The position numbers and the translations under genes are program-made. Below the pieces are notes generated by a model that was given only the letters and a program-made list of their open reading frames with translations, was not told the DNA's origin and ran no database searches. From Candidatus Saccharimonadota bacterium (GTDB lineage Bacteria > Patescibacteriota > Saccharimonadia > Saccharimonadales > Saccharimonadaceae), in contig RYWJ01000002.1 in assembly GCA_003979185.1 (NCBI GenBank), positions 4,650-68,649 on the forward strand: DNA of 64,000 nucleotides, written 5' to 3'. This document shows positions 17,453 through 26,000 of the stretch, piece after piece. Position 1 is the first letter of the stretch; each line of letters begins with the position of its first letter.

Positions 17453-17778
17453 GAGTTCAAATCCTGAATGACATCACGACCAGGTTTCCCAACAGCCAAA
17501 ATCGGATCGCCAGTCTTTGGATTTTGTCCAATGAGGATTTCTGATTTGCCATTAGTCCCATACACAATAATCTGTTGCTGACCATTAGCGTTTTGGCCGA
17601 ACTTAATACGCTCAGTGCCTTGAGCGTCATAATACTTAAACCCCTCCTTATCGATACGTACTACTTCAGTAAGCCCGTTTCTGATGACAATTTCGCCATT
17701 GGCTTCATTGATGCTTAAACCTCCAGCAAGAGAGCTGGTCACATTTGCTCCATTGCTTGTTACATTCTCTATAATCAT
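17449..17778 (-). CDS. Small tail/baseplate protein
   Basis: Assigned by operon position. No motif recognised. Confidence 0.3.
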   Translation of the reverse strand: MIIENVTSNGANVTSSLAGGLSINEANGEIVIRNGLTEVVRIDKEGFKYYDAQGTERIKFGQNANGQQQIIVYGTNGKSEILIGQNPKTGDPILAVGKPGRDVIQDLNS

Positions 17779-19358
17779 GCCAGCAGATCCTCCCCATTGA
17801 GTCTTGAGTAATTTAGAGTGAAGACGCCCTCTTCAATGTTAGTTCCATTAAGAGTTAGCTCTGTAATCAAGTTGTTGTTTCCAAACTGATAGGAGATCCC
17901 AGTAATTTGATAAATGCCATTGTAGTCACCTTTTGAAGTTTGTATGCGTATTAAATCCATGAGCTGAAAAGCAAAATCACCTTTAATTTGCGCCTTAACC
18001 ACTCTGGTATAATCGCGATGTTGTTTAATAATTGTGCGAGCGAAGAGGTTCGCCTGATCGTAACTTTGGAAGAACTGGTTGTCGCTAATTTCTAAGGTCT
18101 TGTCGCCATATTTCTGCACGGATTCATCATCATATGCGTCATACTCTAGAACCTCGTAGGTTTTAGCTGGCTCACCCCAAAGCTTCATCTCCGAGATTTC
18201 TACCGGATATGCGTGATGATTTGTAAACGTTATAATGTATGCCTTTGATGATAGTACGCCAGTAGCAGTTATACCAGACGTGACGGGAACGTCATGACTA
18301 TCAACTGCTGTGAACCAAGATACGGATGAAGCTTTACCTAGTGTAGGAGCTACAACATCATAGCACGGTTCGCCAAGGCTACAACTGATTGTGAATGTGT
18401 CGTTTGGACTGACTACCCACAAATCAGATGCTCCGCGACTAGAAGCTGACTTTGTGTAGACCTCTTGATATTCTTGGACTTCTCGCCGTTCAATATTAAT
18501 CTTAACATGATTAACCACATCTGATAGTTGTCCAGGAGTGAGCGACATAATATGATAATCGCTCAAATTAGCTTTAATATCAGTGTCACTTGCTACGCCA
18601 GCAGCAGATTCGAATCGAACAATACCTTTTTCATCTAGCCACATGAATCCATTCTCTGCTTGCACTAGTTTTTTCAAGGCATCGCCAACGCTCACGCCCA
18701 CATCGAAAAATACAAAAGGTATGACAAATTTACCTGGAGCTAAATGATATTGGGTTGGGGATAAACCATAGCTTTGCAGAATAGCGGCAATTACTTCATC
18801 TGTGCGTGCATTGCGCATATTTATTACAGTTTTAAGAGTTTGATTGCAGATATCGTACAAGAAGTCTATTACGTGATAATCAACCGTTCTAGAGCTGTCG
18901 TTAAGATCAGGTAGTCCATCCGTAATGCCTGCAATTTGCGGAACAAATTCTGTTGCACCTGGGTACTTAAATCCTGCCGACAACCGCATAGGTCGAGCTG
19001 GTAGGTTGTTAAGGCCTATAGGCGAATTGCGGTTGAGCGGAGTAAAATAGCCATCTGTATTGCTGAGTGAGAAATCGGCCATTGCGCATTGTATTTGATA
19101 CGGAAATTCTAGCCTCCGCTCCCATGAAGCAGACACGAGCCTGTCCGAATAGTCTTTATAATCATAGAAGTCCCAGCTTTGCGTATCAGCGTCACTTGCG
19201 GCGAACTTCAAAATATCTGAACCATCCAGAACAGACTCGTCTAATGTGAAAAAGCCACCATCGTTTAACTGCTTGTCAAAAGACACGTACAAGCGTACAA
19301 TTGGATTGATAATTTGCCCAAAAGCGGCTTTATGAAAATTATCGGTTACTTCAATCAT
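17775..19358 (-). CDS. Tail-associated/baseplate hub protein (Tal-like)
   Basis: 527-aa ORF directly downstream of the tape measure and Dit-like genes. Its position and size fit a siphovirus Tal. Confidence 0.45.
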   Translation of the reverse strand: MIEVTDNFHKAAFGQIINPIVRLYVSFDKQLNDGGFFTLDESVLDGSDILKFAASDADTQSWDFYDYKDYSDRLVSASWERRLEFPYQIQCAMADFSLSNTDGYFTPLNRNSPIGLNNLPARPMRLSAGFKYPGATEFVPQIAGITDGLPDLNDSSRTVDYHVIDFLYDICNQTLKTVINMRNARTDEVIAAILQSYGLSPTQYHLAPGKFVIPFVFFDVGVSVGDALKKLVQAENGFMWLDEKGIVRFESAAGVASDTDIKANLSDYHIMSLTPGQLSDVVNHVKINIERREVQEYQEVYTKSASSRGASDLWVVSPNDTFTISCSLGEPCYDVVAPTLGKASSVSWFTAVDSHDVPVTSGITATGVLSSKAYIITFTNHHAYPVEISEMKLWGEPAKTYEVLEYDAYDDESVQKYGDKTLEISDNQFFQSYDQANLFARTIIKQHRDYTRVVKAQIKGDFAFQLMDLIRIQTSKGDYNGIYQITGISYQFGNNNLITELTLNGTNIEEGVFTLNYSRLNGEDLLA

Positions 19359-19741
19359 GGCATCTGTTTGCTTTCTCTGAATGTGAGCTTGATATTATCG
19401 ACTAGTCCACAGCTGTTTATGACTTCGGTATTCGATAATGTCATCTTTGCAGTCATATCAGTAATGTTTAGGACCTCTGCTCCATCTACAGTTATTTTGG
19501 GATACTTAAGGTTAGAGTATTGGCGATCAACAAAGGCTTTTAATGCACTATAAGATTCCTGATCCATAGCAAATAAAGAAACTTCGTACGAACGTTTAGT
19601 TGATCCGTAGTAAGTAGAGATATTCCCATCAACGGTTTCTACGTCGGTTTCGTTAATAATCGGCGCAAGTGTAATAGGCGTTATGAGCGTTGCTCCAAAT
19701 GTCATTTGGTCACTATTATCTTGGATTGTCAGTGTAATCAT
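19355..19741 (-). CDS. Distal tail protein (Dit-like, short)
   Basis: Immediately follows the tape measure gene with overlapping codons. Confidence 0.35.
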   Translation of the reverse strand: MITLTIQDNSDQMTFGATLITPITLAPIINETDVETVDGNISTYYGSTKRSYEVSLFAMDQESYSALKAFVDRQYSNLKYPKITVDGAEVLNITDMTAKMTLSNTEVINSCGLVDNIKLTFRESKQMP

Positions 19742-21921
19742 GATAACCTCGATTGGTTAATTTGTGTTAATGCATGTTGTAACTCTTGAGCTAGTTCGCG
19801 TTTTGCTTGAGGGGAGGTTGCCAAGATGCCAGACAGGTTAATAGTAATATTCTGTGCAGCAAGCTTGGGTGTGCCAGTATTCTGGTCTACTTGCTCCGCT
19901 GGCACGACATATTCCCCTCTATGAACGACTCCAGCTACTTCATTAGGTGCGCCACGGCCGGTGTAGCCACCGTTGTTGAATCCGCGTATCATTCTCTTGC
20001 CATGCTCGATGGCTTGTGTGCTTATGGAGCCCATGACGACTGCCGTCGGATCTAAAACTAGAGATTGACCTTTATTTAACTCACTAGTCCATTTGACTAT
20101 TTCTGTATTTACTGTACGTAAACCCTCTTTTAATTTTTGATCTTGAACACGGTTATATTCGTTCCAATATGCGGCAGCCGCTTCTGCACCCTTTTGTCTT
20201 GCATCTTCTACTTGTTTATTAAGACTTTCGCGCTGTTTGTTGAATCGTTCTTGCAGACTCTCTACTTCATCAAGCAAAATCTCTTCACGCACAGAGTTGA
20301 GTAAGTCACGGTGCTTATTCATGAAAGCCAATTCATCATCTAGCTCACCTTGCAGATTTGCAAGCTTTTGCTCAAGCTTTATCCGATCGTTCTCATTTTG
20401 TAGACGGATTTCTTCTTCTTGAGCCAAAGTTTCTTGTTGATAAAGATGTTTTTCCTTTTCAAGAGCAAATTGGACTTGTGCTAATTTTTGTTTGTTATAG
20501 TCATTGTTATAACGTTGCAAGAAGTTAAGCTGAGCCATTAACTCGTTGACTGTTTCTTGGTGGCTACGTTCCTGTTTTGCCATCGTAACGTTAAAATCGG
20601 CAGTCCGTTCGTCTATTGCGCGCCGATAATCAATATTAGCTTCTTCAATTTGACTAGTAAGTTTCTCTAGATTTTCTTCATGATTGACGGCAATTTGTTT
20701 GAGATCGCGCCGATAATCGCGTTCAAGTTCCGCAAGTTGTTTTTCGAGTTTGGCAACTTGCTCAGCCGCGTCGTTCATAGCACTACCAAGTTGTTTGGTA
20801 TTGCCCTCCATCTCCTGAACTGTGGTGCTTGCATTGCCAATTGTTTCATCTGCTTCATCAACAGAGTCTACCATATTGTCAACTGCACTGGAAGCTGCCC
20901 ACATTGCGCCCATAGTCGCAATAGCGGCAACAAGACCAACAATCCCTCCTCGTGCAATTTTCGTTAGCAGACTCATATTACTCAATGCTTTAGTAAGGCT
21001 TTTTATGCTTTTTACGCCGATGGCAGTTGCACCAGCTAGCCCACTGGCACCGGCCAAAATACCTATAGTTGTAGCAAGGGTTGCTACGAGAGATTGATTA
21101 TTGGTGATCCATTGAGCTATGCCACTAATGATTGGACCAAAGCTATTAAACATGGACCCCATAGTTTGTTTCACTTGCTCGATTGCGGTGTCTAATTGCT
21201 GTTGAGATCCAGCTAGTGTTTGCGTGTAGCTGTCGGCATTTCCTGCAAAGACTCCACCTTCTGCAAGTACGCCATTATATACCGCCTGCTGTTTTTCCGC
21301 TTGAGATAATTGATTGGCTGTTTTACCTAAAGAACTTGCATATTCTTCATACATTTTTGCGATATTCTTCTGAATGCCAGACGCGTCAGAAAGCACTGAG
21401 TTTTCCTGTCGTATACCTTGAGTGGTTGCCACAACTGCTTCGCCAAGAGAATAATTAGCTTGTCGGTTATACACGGCGGCATCGGTCATGATTTTAATAA
21501 GCTCAGTAGCCTCACTTACCGAATACCCATAGCCTTGCAAGTTCTTCATTGCTTCCGCAGCTTCTGCTTGCGATAATAGACCGCTTGAGGAAAGCTCCTG
21601 GACGGCAGAAATTGATTGCGAAATGGAGTTCCCTAAACCGCTAGCAACTGCTTTAACCCCATTCATAGAAGCCTGATATTGGTTAAAAGAGTCAACAACA
21701 TCGCCAATTGCGGATGCAGTACCACTTAAAGCTAGATGCGTCGTGGCGAGTTGCCCAATACTAGAAGTAAGTTCAGAAAATCCAGCTGACATAGTCTTGG
21801 TTTCTGAGGCGCTTTTTTGTGTCATATCCGACAAAGTTACCTGAAAATCGCCTAACTGGCGTTGTGCTTCAGTAGTATCTACAATAATTCTAAAAGTCGC
21901 TTGTCCAAGATTTTCATTCAT
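19738..21921 (-). CDS. Tail tape measure protein
   Basis: 727 aa. Contains long Gln/Glu/Ala-rich coiled coils and a central Gly/Ala-rich hydrophobic segment, flanked by chaperone-like and distal tail genes. Confidence 0.8.
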   Translation of the reverse strand: MNENLGQATFRIIVDTTEAQRQLGDFQVTLSDMTQKSASETKTMSAGFSELTSSIGQLATTHLALSGTASAIGDVVDSFNQYQASMNGVKAVASGLGNSISQSISAVQELSSSGLLSQAEAAEAMKNLQGYGYSVSEATELIKIMTDAAVYNRQANYSLGEAVVATTQGIRQENSVLSDASGIQKNIAKMYEEYASSLGKTANQLSQAEKQQAVYNGVLAEGGVFAGNADSYTQTLAGSQQQLDTAIEQVKQTMGSMFNSFGPIISGIAQWITNNQSLVATLATTIGILAGASGLAGATAIGVKSIKSLTKALSNMSLLTKIARGGIVGLVAAIATMGAMWAASSAVDNMVDSVDEADETIGNASTTVQEMEGNTKQLGSAMNDAAEQVAKLEKQLAELERDYRRDLKQIAVNHEENLEKLTSQIEEANIDYRRAIDERTADFNVTMAKQERSHQETVNELMAQLNFLQRYNNDYNKQKLAQVQFALEKEKHLYQQETLAQEEEIRLQNENDRIKLEQKLANLQGELDDELAFMNKHRDLLNSVREEILLDEVESLQERFNKQRESLNKQVEDARQKGAEAAAAYWNEYNRVQDQKLKEGLRTVNTEIVKWTSELNKGQSLVLDPTAVVMGSISTQAIEHGKRMIRGFNNGGYTGRGAPNEVAGVVHRGEYVVPAEQVDQNTGTPKLAAQNITINLSGILATSPQAKRELAQELQHALTQINQSRLS

Positions 21922-21938
21922 GTTTTTAGGTTATTTAT

Positions 21939-21957
21939 GCTACGAAGTGTTAAGCAA
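21939..21957 (-). promoter_or_regulatory. Conserved phage motif copy c (TTGCTTAACACTTCGTAGC)
   Basis: Lies 17 nt upstream of the tape measure ATG on the minus strand. Confidence 0.55.
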
Positions 21958-22106
21958 GCATGGTATAATAGTAATGTTCATTGTATATATTATTGCATAG
22001 TCTTAGTTCTAAAATGAGCTAACGTTTGTAAGCTAGTACTAAGGCTAGTAATATGCAGTGAACGAGTATATTAAACGTTGGCTCTTTTTTGAGCGTGGAG
22101 ATATAA

Positions 22107-22829
22107 GTGGGAATTATTATTGGGGGAAAATATAATGGCTATAAGATCTACTGTAATAGAGATTATAAGTATTTGTACATAAAAGTAGATGATGTGATAG
22201 TCGGTATCACGAAACGTAATATATCTGCATATAAAGAGAGATCCCAAAATGGACTAAGTGATGCTATTTATGCTATCGAATGGCAAAAAGGCGAAAGGTC
22301 GCTAATCAAAATACCTAGGTCATGGTCAGAAATAATGATATCTGGTTGTGAATTTGGCCCACTTGATGAAAAGAGCTCGAGAAAAAATAGAGAAAACAGC
22401 CGTTATATTTTCGCTAGCATATTGTCATGTATTATTATAGTTGCATGCGTAATAACTGGAGTTATGATTAGCAGAGGCGATACGAATAACGTTGTTTCTA
22501 GCAGCCAGCCCAAAACTACAAGAAAAAAATGGTATGTCTGGGACAAAGAAAGCACACCTGAAGAAGCAGATGTAGTCATAATCATGGGTGAATTCACTAG
22601 CGGCTATGGAGGCATAGGCACCATGGGTGGTTCTGCTAAAAACTTTACATCTAAGACATTAAGCTACATCCAGATAACCATTGGCTTATATGCAGGGGAG
22701 GCTAAGGTAGGTAGTTGTTTTGCCAACCAGAGCTACCTTGCGCCTGATACTTATTGGAATTTCGAAGCTACATGTACTAACTCAAGCTCCGCCTCATCCT
22801 ATAAAGTTGAGGATGTGACTTATTGGTAG
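22107..22829 (+). CDS. Membrane-anchored protein on the opposite strand inside the tail module (moron candidate)
   Basis: GTG start. One central TM helix (YIFASILSCIIIVACVITGVMI). The C-terminal beta-rich domain contains an IGLYAGEAKVG segment resembling FxLYD-type domains. Confidence 0.35.
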   Translation: MGIIIGGKYNGYKIYCNRDYKYLYIKVDDVIVGITKRNISAYKERSQNGLSDAIYAIEWQKGERSLIKIPRSWSEIMISGCEFGPLDEKSSRKNRENSRYIFASILSCIIIVACVITGVMISRGDTNNVVSSSQPKTTRKKWYVWDKESTPEEADVVIIMGEFTSGYGGIGTMGGSAKNFTSKTLSYIQITIGLYAGEAKVGSCFANQSYLAPDTYWNFEATCTNSSSASSYKVEDVTYW

Positions 22830-22831
22830 AT

Positions 22832-23221
22832 TTACTTATACGCCTCATCTTGTAGCTTGTTGACATACTCAGCATTATGCTTGGCATAGCTTTTATCATT
22901 CGTCGATAGAGTGGTGGCAGCGTTAATTTTGCCACTATCAATATTTAGTCTATAATGCAGTTTCTCAGCCGCTTTAACTAAGGCGACAGCTTCTTCAAGA
23001 ACGAACGCTAAGCGCGTCAAGTTTCCCTTACTATCAATACCACTATGATAATTACGTTTGAAATCCACAACCGCTTGCCACCCATAATAGTATCCAAGCT
23101 GTGCGCATAAGTAAAAATAAGGTGGAATATCTGGCTTATGCTGAGGATTTAGCCGATCGACCGCCCACCCCTCAACAGTTTTGCGGTCTTCTGGAGTCAT
23201 TAAATCAAGGAGATTAGGCAT
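22832..23221 (-). CDS. Tail assembly chaperone candidate (second)
   Basis: Lies upstream of the tape measure and overlaps the preceding ORF by 8 nt. Confidence 0.35.
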   Translation of the reverse strand: MPNLLDLMTPEDRKTVEGWAVDRLNPQHKPDIPPYFYLCAQLGYYYGWQAVVDFKRNYHSGIDSKGNLTRLAFVLEEAVALVKAAEKLHYRLNIDSGKINAATTLSTNDKSYAKHNAEYVNKLQDEAYK

Positions 23222-23648
23222 TGTCAGCCTTAGCCATAATTTGTTGATAGAAACCCAAAATCTCTTTATAACTAAAATCGTTCAGCAGCTTTTTCCAGTT
23301 TTCTTCGTTATCAGTTGACCATAGCTTTAGGTGTGCCTTTTGAGCATATTTTAGGGCTTCAGTAATTTGTTTTTGTGCCTCAGCCATATCAGCCCCAGCC
23401 TGTTTGTATTCATCGGTTTGTCGCAAAGTGGCTAGACCATCCGCGTCTTTATTTTCAATAAGCTTACTTTCGCGATCGTAGAGATTCTGATATGTAGTTC
23501 GTACTTCGTCGACTGCCCTAGTAGCGTCATCAAGACGCTGTTTTAGGTCTGCTTCTGCTCCAGCTCCTAGCCTGCGCACGCGAAACACTCCATAACCTTT
23601 AATTTCCGCCTCTATTTCATAAGGTTTAGCTTCTATACTTATAGTCAT
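23214..23648 (-). CDS. Tail assembly chaperone candidate (first)
   Basis: First gene after motif copy d. Acidic, helical 144-aa protein upstream of the tape measure. Confidence 0.35.
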   Translation of the reverse strand: MTISIEAKPYEIEAEIKGYGVFRVRRLGAGAEADLKQRLDDATRAVDEVRTTYQNLYDRESKLIENKDADGLATLRQTDEYKQAGADMAEAQKQITEALKYAQKAHLKLWSTDNEENWKKLLNDFSYKEILGFYQQIMAKADNA

Positions 23649-23692
23649 ATCTATATCTATCCATTTAAGTTTATATGGTTTATGTATAACTT

Positions 23693-23711
23693 GCCTACGA
23701 AGTGGCAGGAA
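23693..23711 (-). promoter_or_regulatory. Conserved phage motif copy d (TTCCTGCCACTTCGTAGGC, degenerate 5' half)
   Basis: Lies 44 nt upstream of the 23648 ATG on the minus strand, back-to-back with copy e. Confidence 0.45.
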
Positions 23712-23718
23712 AGACTAG

Positions 23719-23738
23719 TTGCTTACCACTTCGTAGCC
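23719..23738 (+). promoter_or_regulatory. Conserved phage motif copy e (TTGCTTACCACTTCGTAGCC)
   Basis: Lies 16 nt upstream of the 23755 ATG. The 23-nt string GTTGCTTACCACTTCGTAGCCTA is identical to copy a. Confidence 0.55.
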
Positions 23739-23754
23739 TAGCTATTCTTATGAT

Positions 23755-24093
23755 ATGGATATTATTTTGAACCAAATTGCAGTCTGGTCACCATGCCTAG
23801 TAAGCAGTCTTAATGTACGGGAAATGCCTAAAGGTGAAAGATTCCTTATGCCTGGAACAGTTATTTATAGAATCTCTGAAACACCTATATATAGATACAT
23901 CAAAAACTACACTATCAAAAAAGTGAAATTTAGCTTATTTGTGCGCACAGCATATCGCGATGATAAGCTAGTGGAGCAGCAACTTGACGAAACGGCAAAG
24001 AAGCTTACAAAAGAATATGTACTTAATGCTATTTCAGCTGGTGGTATGAATTTCACTTATACACCATATTCTGTGGATATGGGGGCAAAATAA
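23755..24093 (+). CDS. Hypothetical virion protein
   Basis: ORF behind motif copy e. No motif recognised. Confidence 0.3.
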   Translation: MDIILNQIAVWSPCLVSSLNVREMPKGERFLMPGTVIYRISETPIYRYIKNYTIKKVKFSLFVRTAYRDDKLVEQQLDETAKKLTKEYVLNAISAGGMNFTYTPYSVDMGAK

Positions 24094-24659
24094 TGGCAAC
24101 AGTTTCGCTACCGTATCCAAATCTTGTATTTGCCCCTCTCGACAAGCTTACTGCCGAAGAGATGAACCAAATTGTTGCAAATTATACGGCTATCGCTAAT
24201 GCTTTCCCTCTTACCGCCGATCAAATTGCTACTGGTGCGATAACAAGCGCTAAGTTAGCAAATGGGTCTGTGGGTATGGATGCGATTAACTGGTCGGCTT
24301 TTCCTATGAAGATTACGTTCGACGACGTAAGTTTTGCGTTAAGCACCAACTGGCAAGTTGTGACATCTATTAACGTGTCAGATTTTCCTACTGGTTCCCA
24401 CATGCTGGTGTTCGGTCAAAGTCAATTCTCTAATGACGGGGAAGAAACTGGCGTAGACATGCAACTGGTTTATGGTGGCTATACATCGAATGTGTATAAC
24501 GATGTTTTTAGGTGGAGCACATCAAACACAGTGTCTTGGATCTTTGAGAAAACCGCGACAGTTTCAACGATAAATCTTCAAAATAAGAAAAATAGTAACG
24601 CTTCTGCTCTTAATGTTAGATCTGGCTGGCGACATATGTACGCAGTGAGGGTTGCCTAA
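24093..24659 (+). CDS. Hypothetical fibre/receptor-binding-like protein
   Basis: The N-terminus (LDKLTAEEMNQIVANYTAIANAF ... ITSAKLANGSV) resembles the N-termini of phage fibre proteins. Confidence 0.3.
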   Translation: MATVSLPYPNLVFAPLDKLTAEEMNQIVANYTAIANAFPLTADQIATGAITSAKLANGSVGMDAINWSAFPMKITFDDVSFALSTNWQVVTSINVSDFPTGSHMLVFGQSQFSNDGEETGVDMQLVYGGYTSNVYNDVFRWSTSNTVSWIFEKTATVSTINLQNKKNSNASALNVRSGWRHMYAVRVA

Positions 24660-24850
24660 CCTTTACGGCTTTTCTGCCCATATTTAGCTATGCGAGCGGC
24701 AACCGCTTTTTTGGCACGCTCGCTGCGCTGCTCGGGAGTGAGATTGGCATTCATTGCCTTAGCTCCAGCTTGATGCGCTTTTTTGTATTTTGCTAACTCA
24801 GCTTTAAGTCTGGCGTTTTCTTCTTTTAGTTTTATGAGTTCATCGTTCAT
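24656..24850 (-). CDS. Small coiled-coil/basic protein S2 (paralog of 15357-15557)
   Basis: N-terminal heptad-like ELIKLKEENARLKAELAKYKK. The C-terminal 27 aa are identical to S1. Confidence 0.5.
   Translation of the reverse strand: MNDELIKLKEENARLKAELAKYKKAHQAGAKAMNANLTPEQRSERAKKAVAARIAKYGQKSRKG
24663..24745. repeat. 83-bp direct repeat, copy 2
   Basis: See 15364-15446. The offset between copies is 9299 bp. Confidence 0.9.
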
Positions 24851-24938
24851 TTTTCTTACTCCTAGCCCCTGGCGGAGGGAGTAAGGGTATCGACCTTGAT
24901 TTAATTAGCTAAGTTTGATATTATTTAGTTAAGCATTG

Positions 24939-25001
24939 TTAGAAACGCTTCCGTTTGGAGGTGTTTCTTTTTGGTATGAAAACTGTCTTTAATCGTTTCA
25001 T
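24939..25001 (-). CDS. Possible 20-aa micro-ORF upstream of S2
   Basis: ATG preceded by GGAGAAAGGAGCGGT. Translation MKRLKTVFIPKRNTSKRKRF. Confidence 0.2.
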   Translation of the reverse strand: MKRLKTVFIPKRNTSKRKRF

Positions 25002-25055
25002 ACCGCTCCTTTCTCCGCCAGTTTTATTATGTTAATGAACCCTTACTATCTATAG

Positions 25056-25077
25056 TATATCACGCATGCGTGATATA
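25056..25077. promoter_or_regulatory. Perfect 22-bp palindrome (TATATCACGCA|TGCGTGATATA), operator candidate
   Basis: Read directly. It lies between the divergent S2 operon and the P2 gene. Confidence 0.5.
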
Positions 25078-25173
25078 TGCAATACTTTTTGTGAAGATTT
25101 TTGTAAAATATAGCGGAGTTTTCCACAATCCGATTATGTTTGCGGTTATGCTGGCATTTGGTATAATGAGAGT

Positions 25174-25446
25174 ATGGCAATCAATATTATCAAAGAAAAC
25201 TATCAAAATGGAGATGGTCAAGATGCAACGAAGATCGAAATTGCTAATGGTGATTTGGCTGCGTTGAAGGCTGCAACTGAGCAGTATGGTGTTCGTGACA
25301 TTACTGATATGATAGCTTTTTCTATCGGTCTACTTAATGAGGCTGCCGGTCGTCCAGTAGCAGCAACCGATAAGGATGGGCGTTTAATAAAATTTATGCC
25401 TTCGAAAGCAATTACCAAAGATGGTTCAACAAATCAAAACCAGTAA
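25174..25446 (+). CDS. Hypothetical small protein P2 (paralog of 14975-15226)
   Basis: Extended -10 (TGGTATAAT, 25159-25167) lies 6 nt before the ATG, which is leaderless geometry. Protein similarity to P1. Confidence 0.4.
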   Translation: MAINIIKENYQNGDGQDATKIEIANGDLAALKAATEQYGVRDITDMIAFSIGLLNEAAGRPVAATDKDGRLIKFMPSKAITKDGSTNQNQ

Positions 25447-25780
25447 ACCAGTTTTAGATAAATATAAAGACACGCTTCAGCCGATGGTTGACGAGGCTCT
25501 TGCAGTGCAAAATTTAGCTCCAGCTGTAAAGGATGCAATAGCACAAAATAAACCTCTGAATGAGGGGATTCAAGATGTAACAACGGAAGCAATCGAGCGA
25601 AACCCTAAAACAAGAGATGCACTTGATACTTGGTATGCAAACAGTAAGGCTATCCGCAATAGTAAATCGGAGTTGCGAAAACCGAGTTATTGGATTCCGA
25701 TTGTTTTAACAGGACTTATCGGTATAGTCGGCATTATTCTGTCTATAATCTCACTCATGAGTGGTACAAAGCCATCTTGA
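25421..25780 (+). CDS. Hypothetical tail-anchored membrane protein
   Basis: C-terminal TM helix (WIPIVLTGLIGIVGIILSIISLM). The start codon is uncertain. Confidence 0.35.
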   Translation: MVQQIKTSKPVLDKYKDTLQPMVDEALAVQNLAPAVKDAIAQNKPLNEGIQDVTTEAIERNPKTRDALDTWYANSKAIRNSKSELRKPSYWIPIVLTGLIGIVGIILSIISLMSGTKPS

Positions 25781-25805
25781 CAATTGCGCCTATGTTTGCT
25801 ACAAT
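25777..25805 (+). promoter_or_regulatory. Sigma70-type promoter (TTGACA-17 nt-TACAAT)
   Basis: Hexamers read directly. The -35 overlaps the stop codon of the preceding gene. Confidence 0.5.
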
Positions 25806-25830
25806 GGTTACATAAATCCGAAACATCGAA

Positions 25831-25865
25831 GCCCCTAGCTACCTCTACAGGTGGCGGGGCTTTTT
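25831..25865 (+). terminator. Intrinsic terminator about 20-55 nt downstream of the 25777 promoter
   Basis: GCCCC...ACCU-cuac-AGGU...GGGGC bulged hairpin followed by TTTTT. Confidence 0.55.
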
Positions 25866-26000
25866 GCAAGCCCAAAGGTACAAATACGTCATAGCGTGTT
25901 CGCGCTCGAAATACGCCATGTCGTCATACAATTTTCATAAACGCAGGAACTAGATGACGAGCGGTCAAGTTTTTGTTGCTAAAATTTTAACGGAGGTAAC

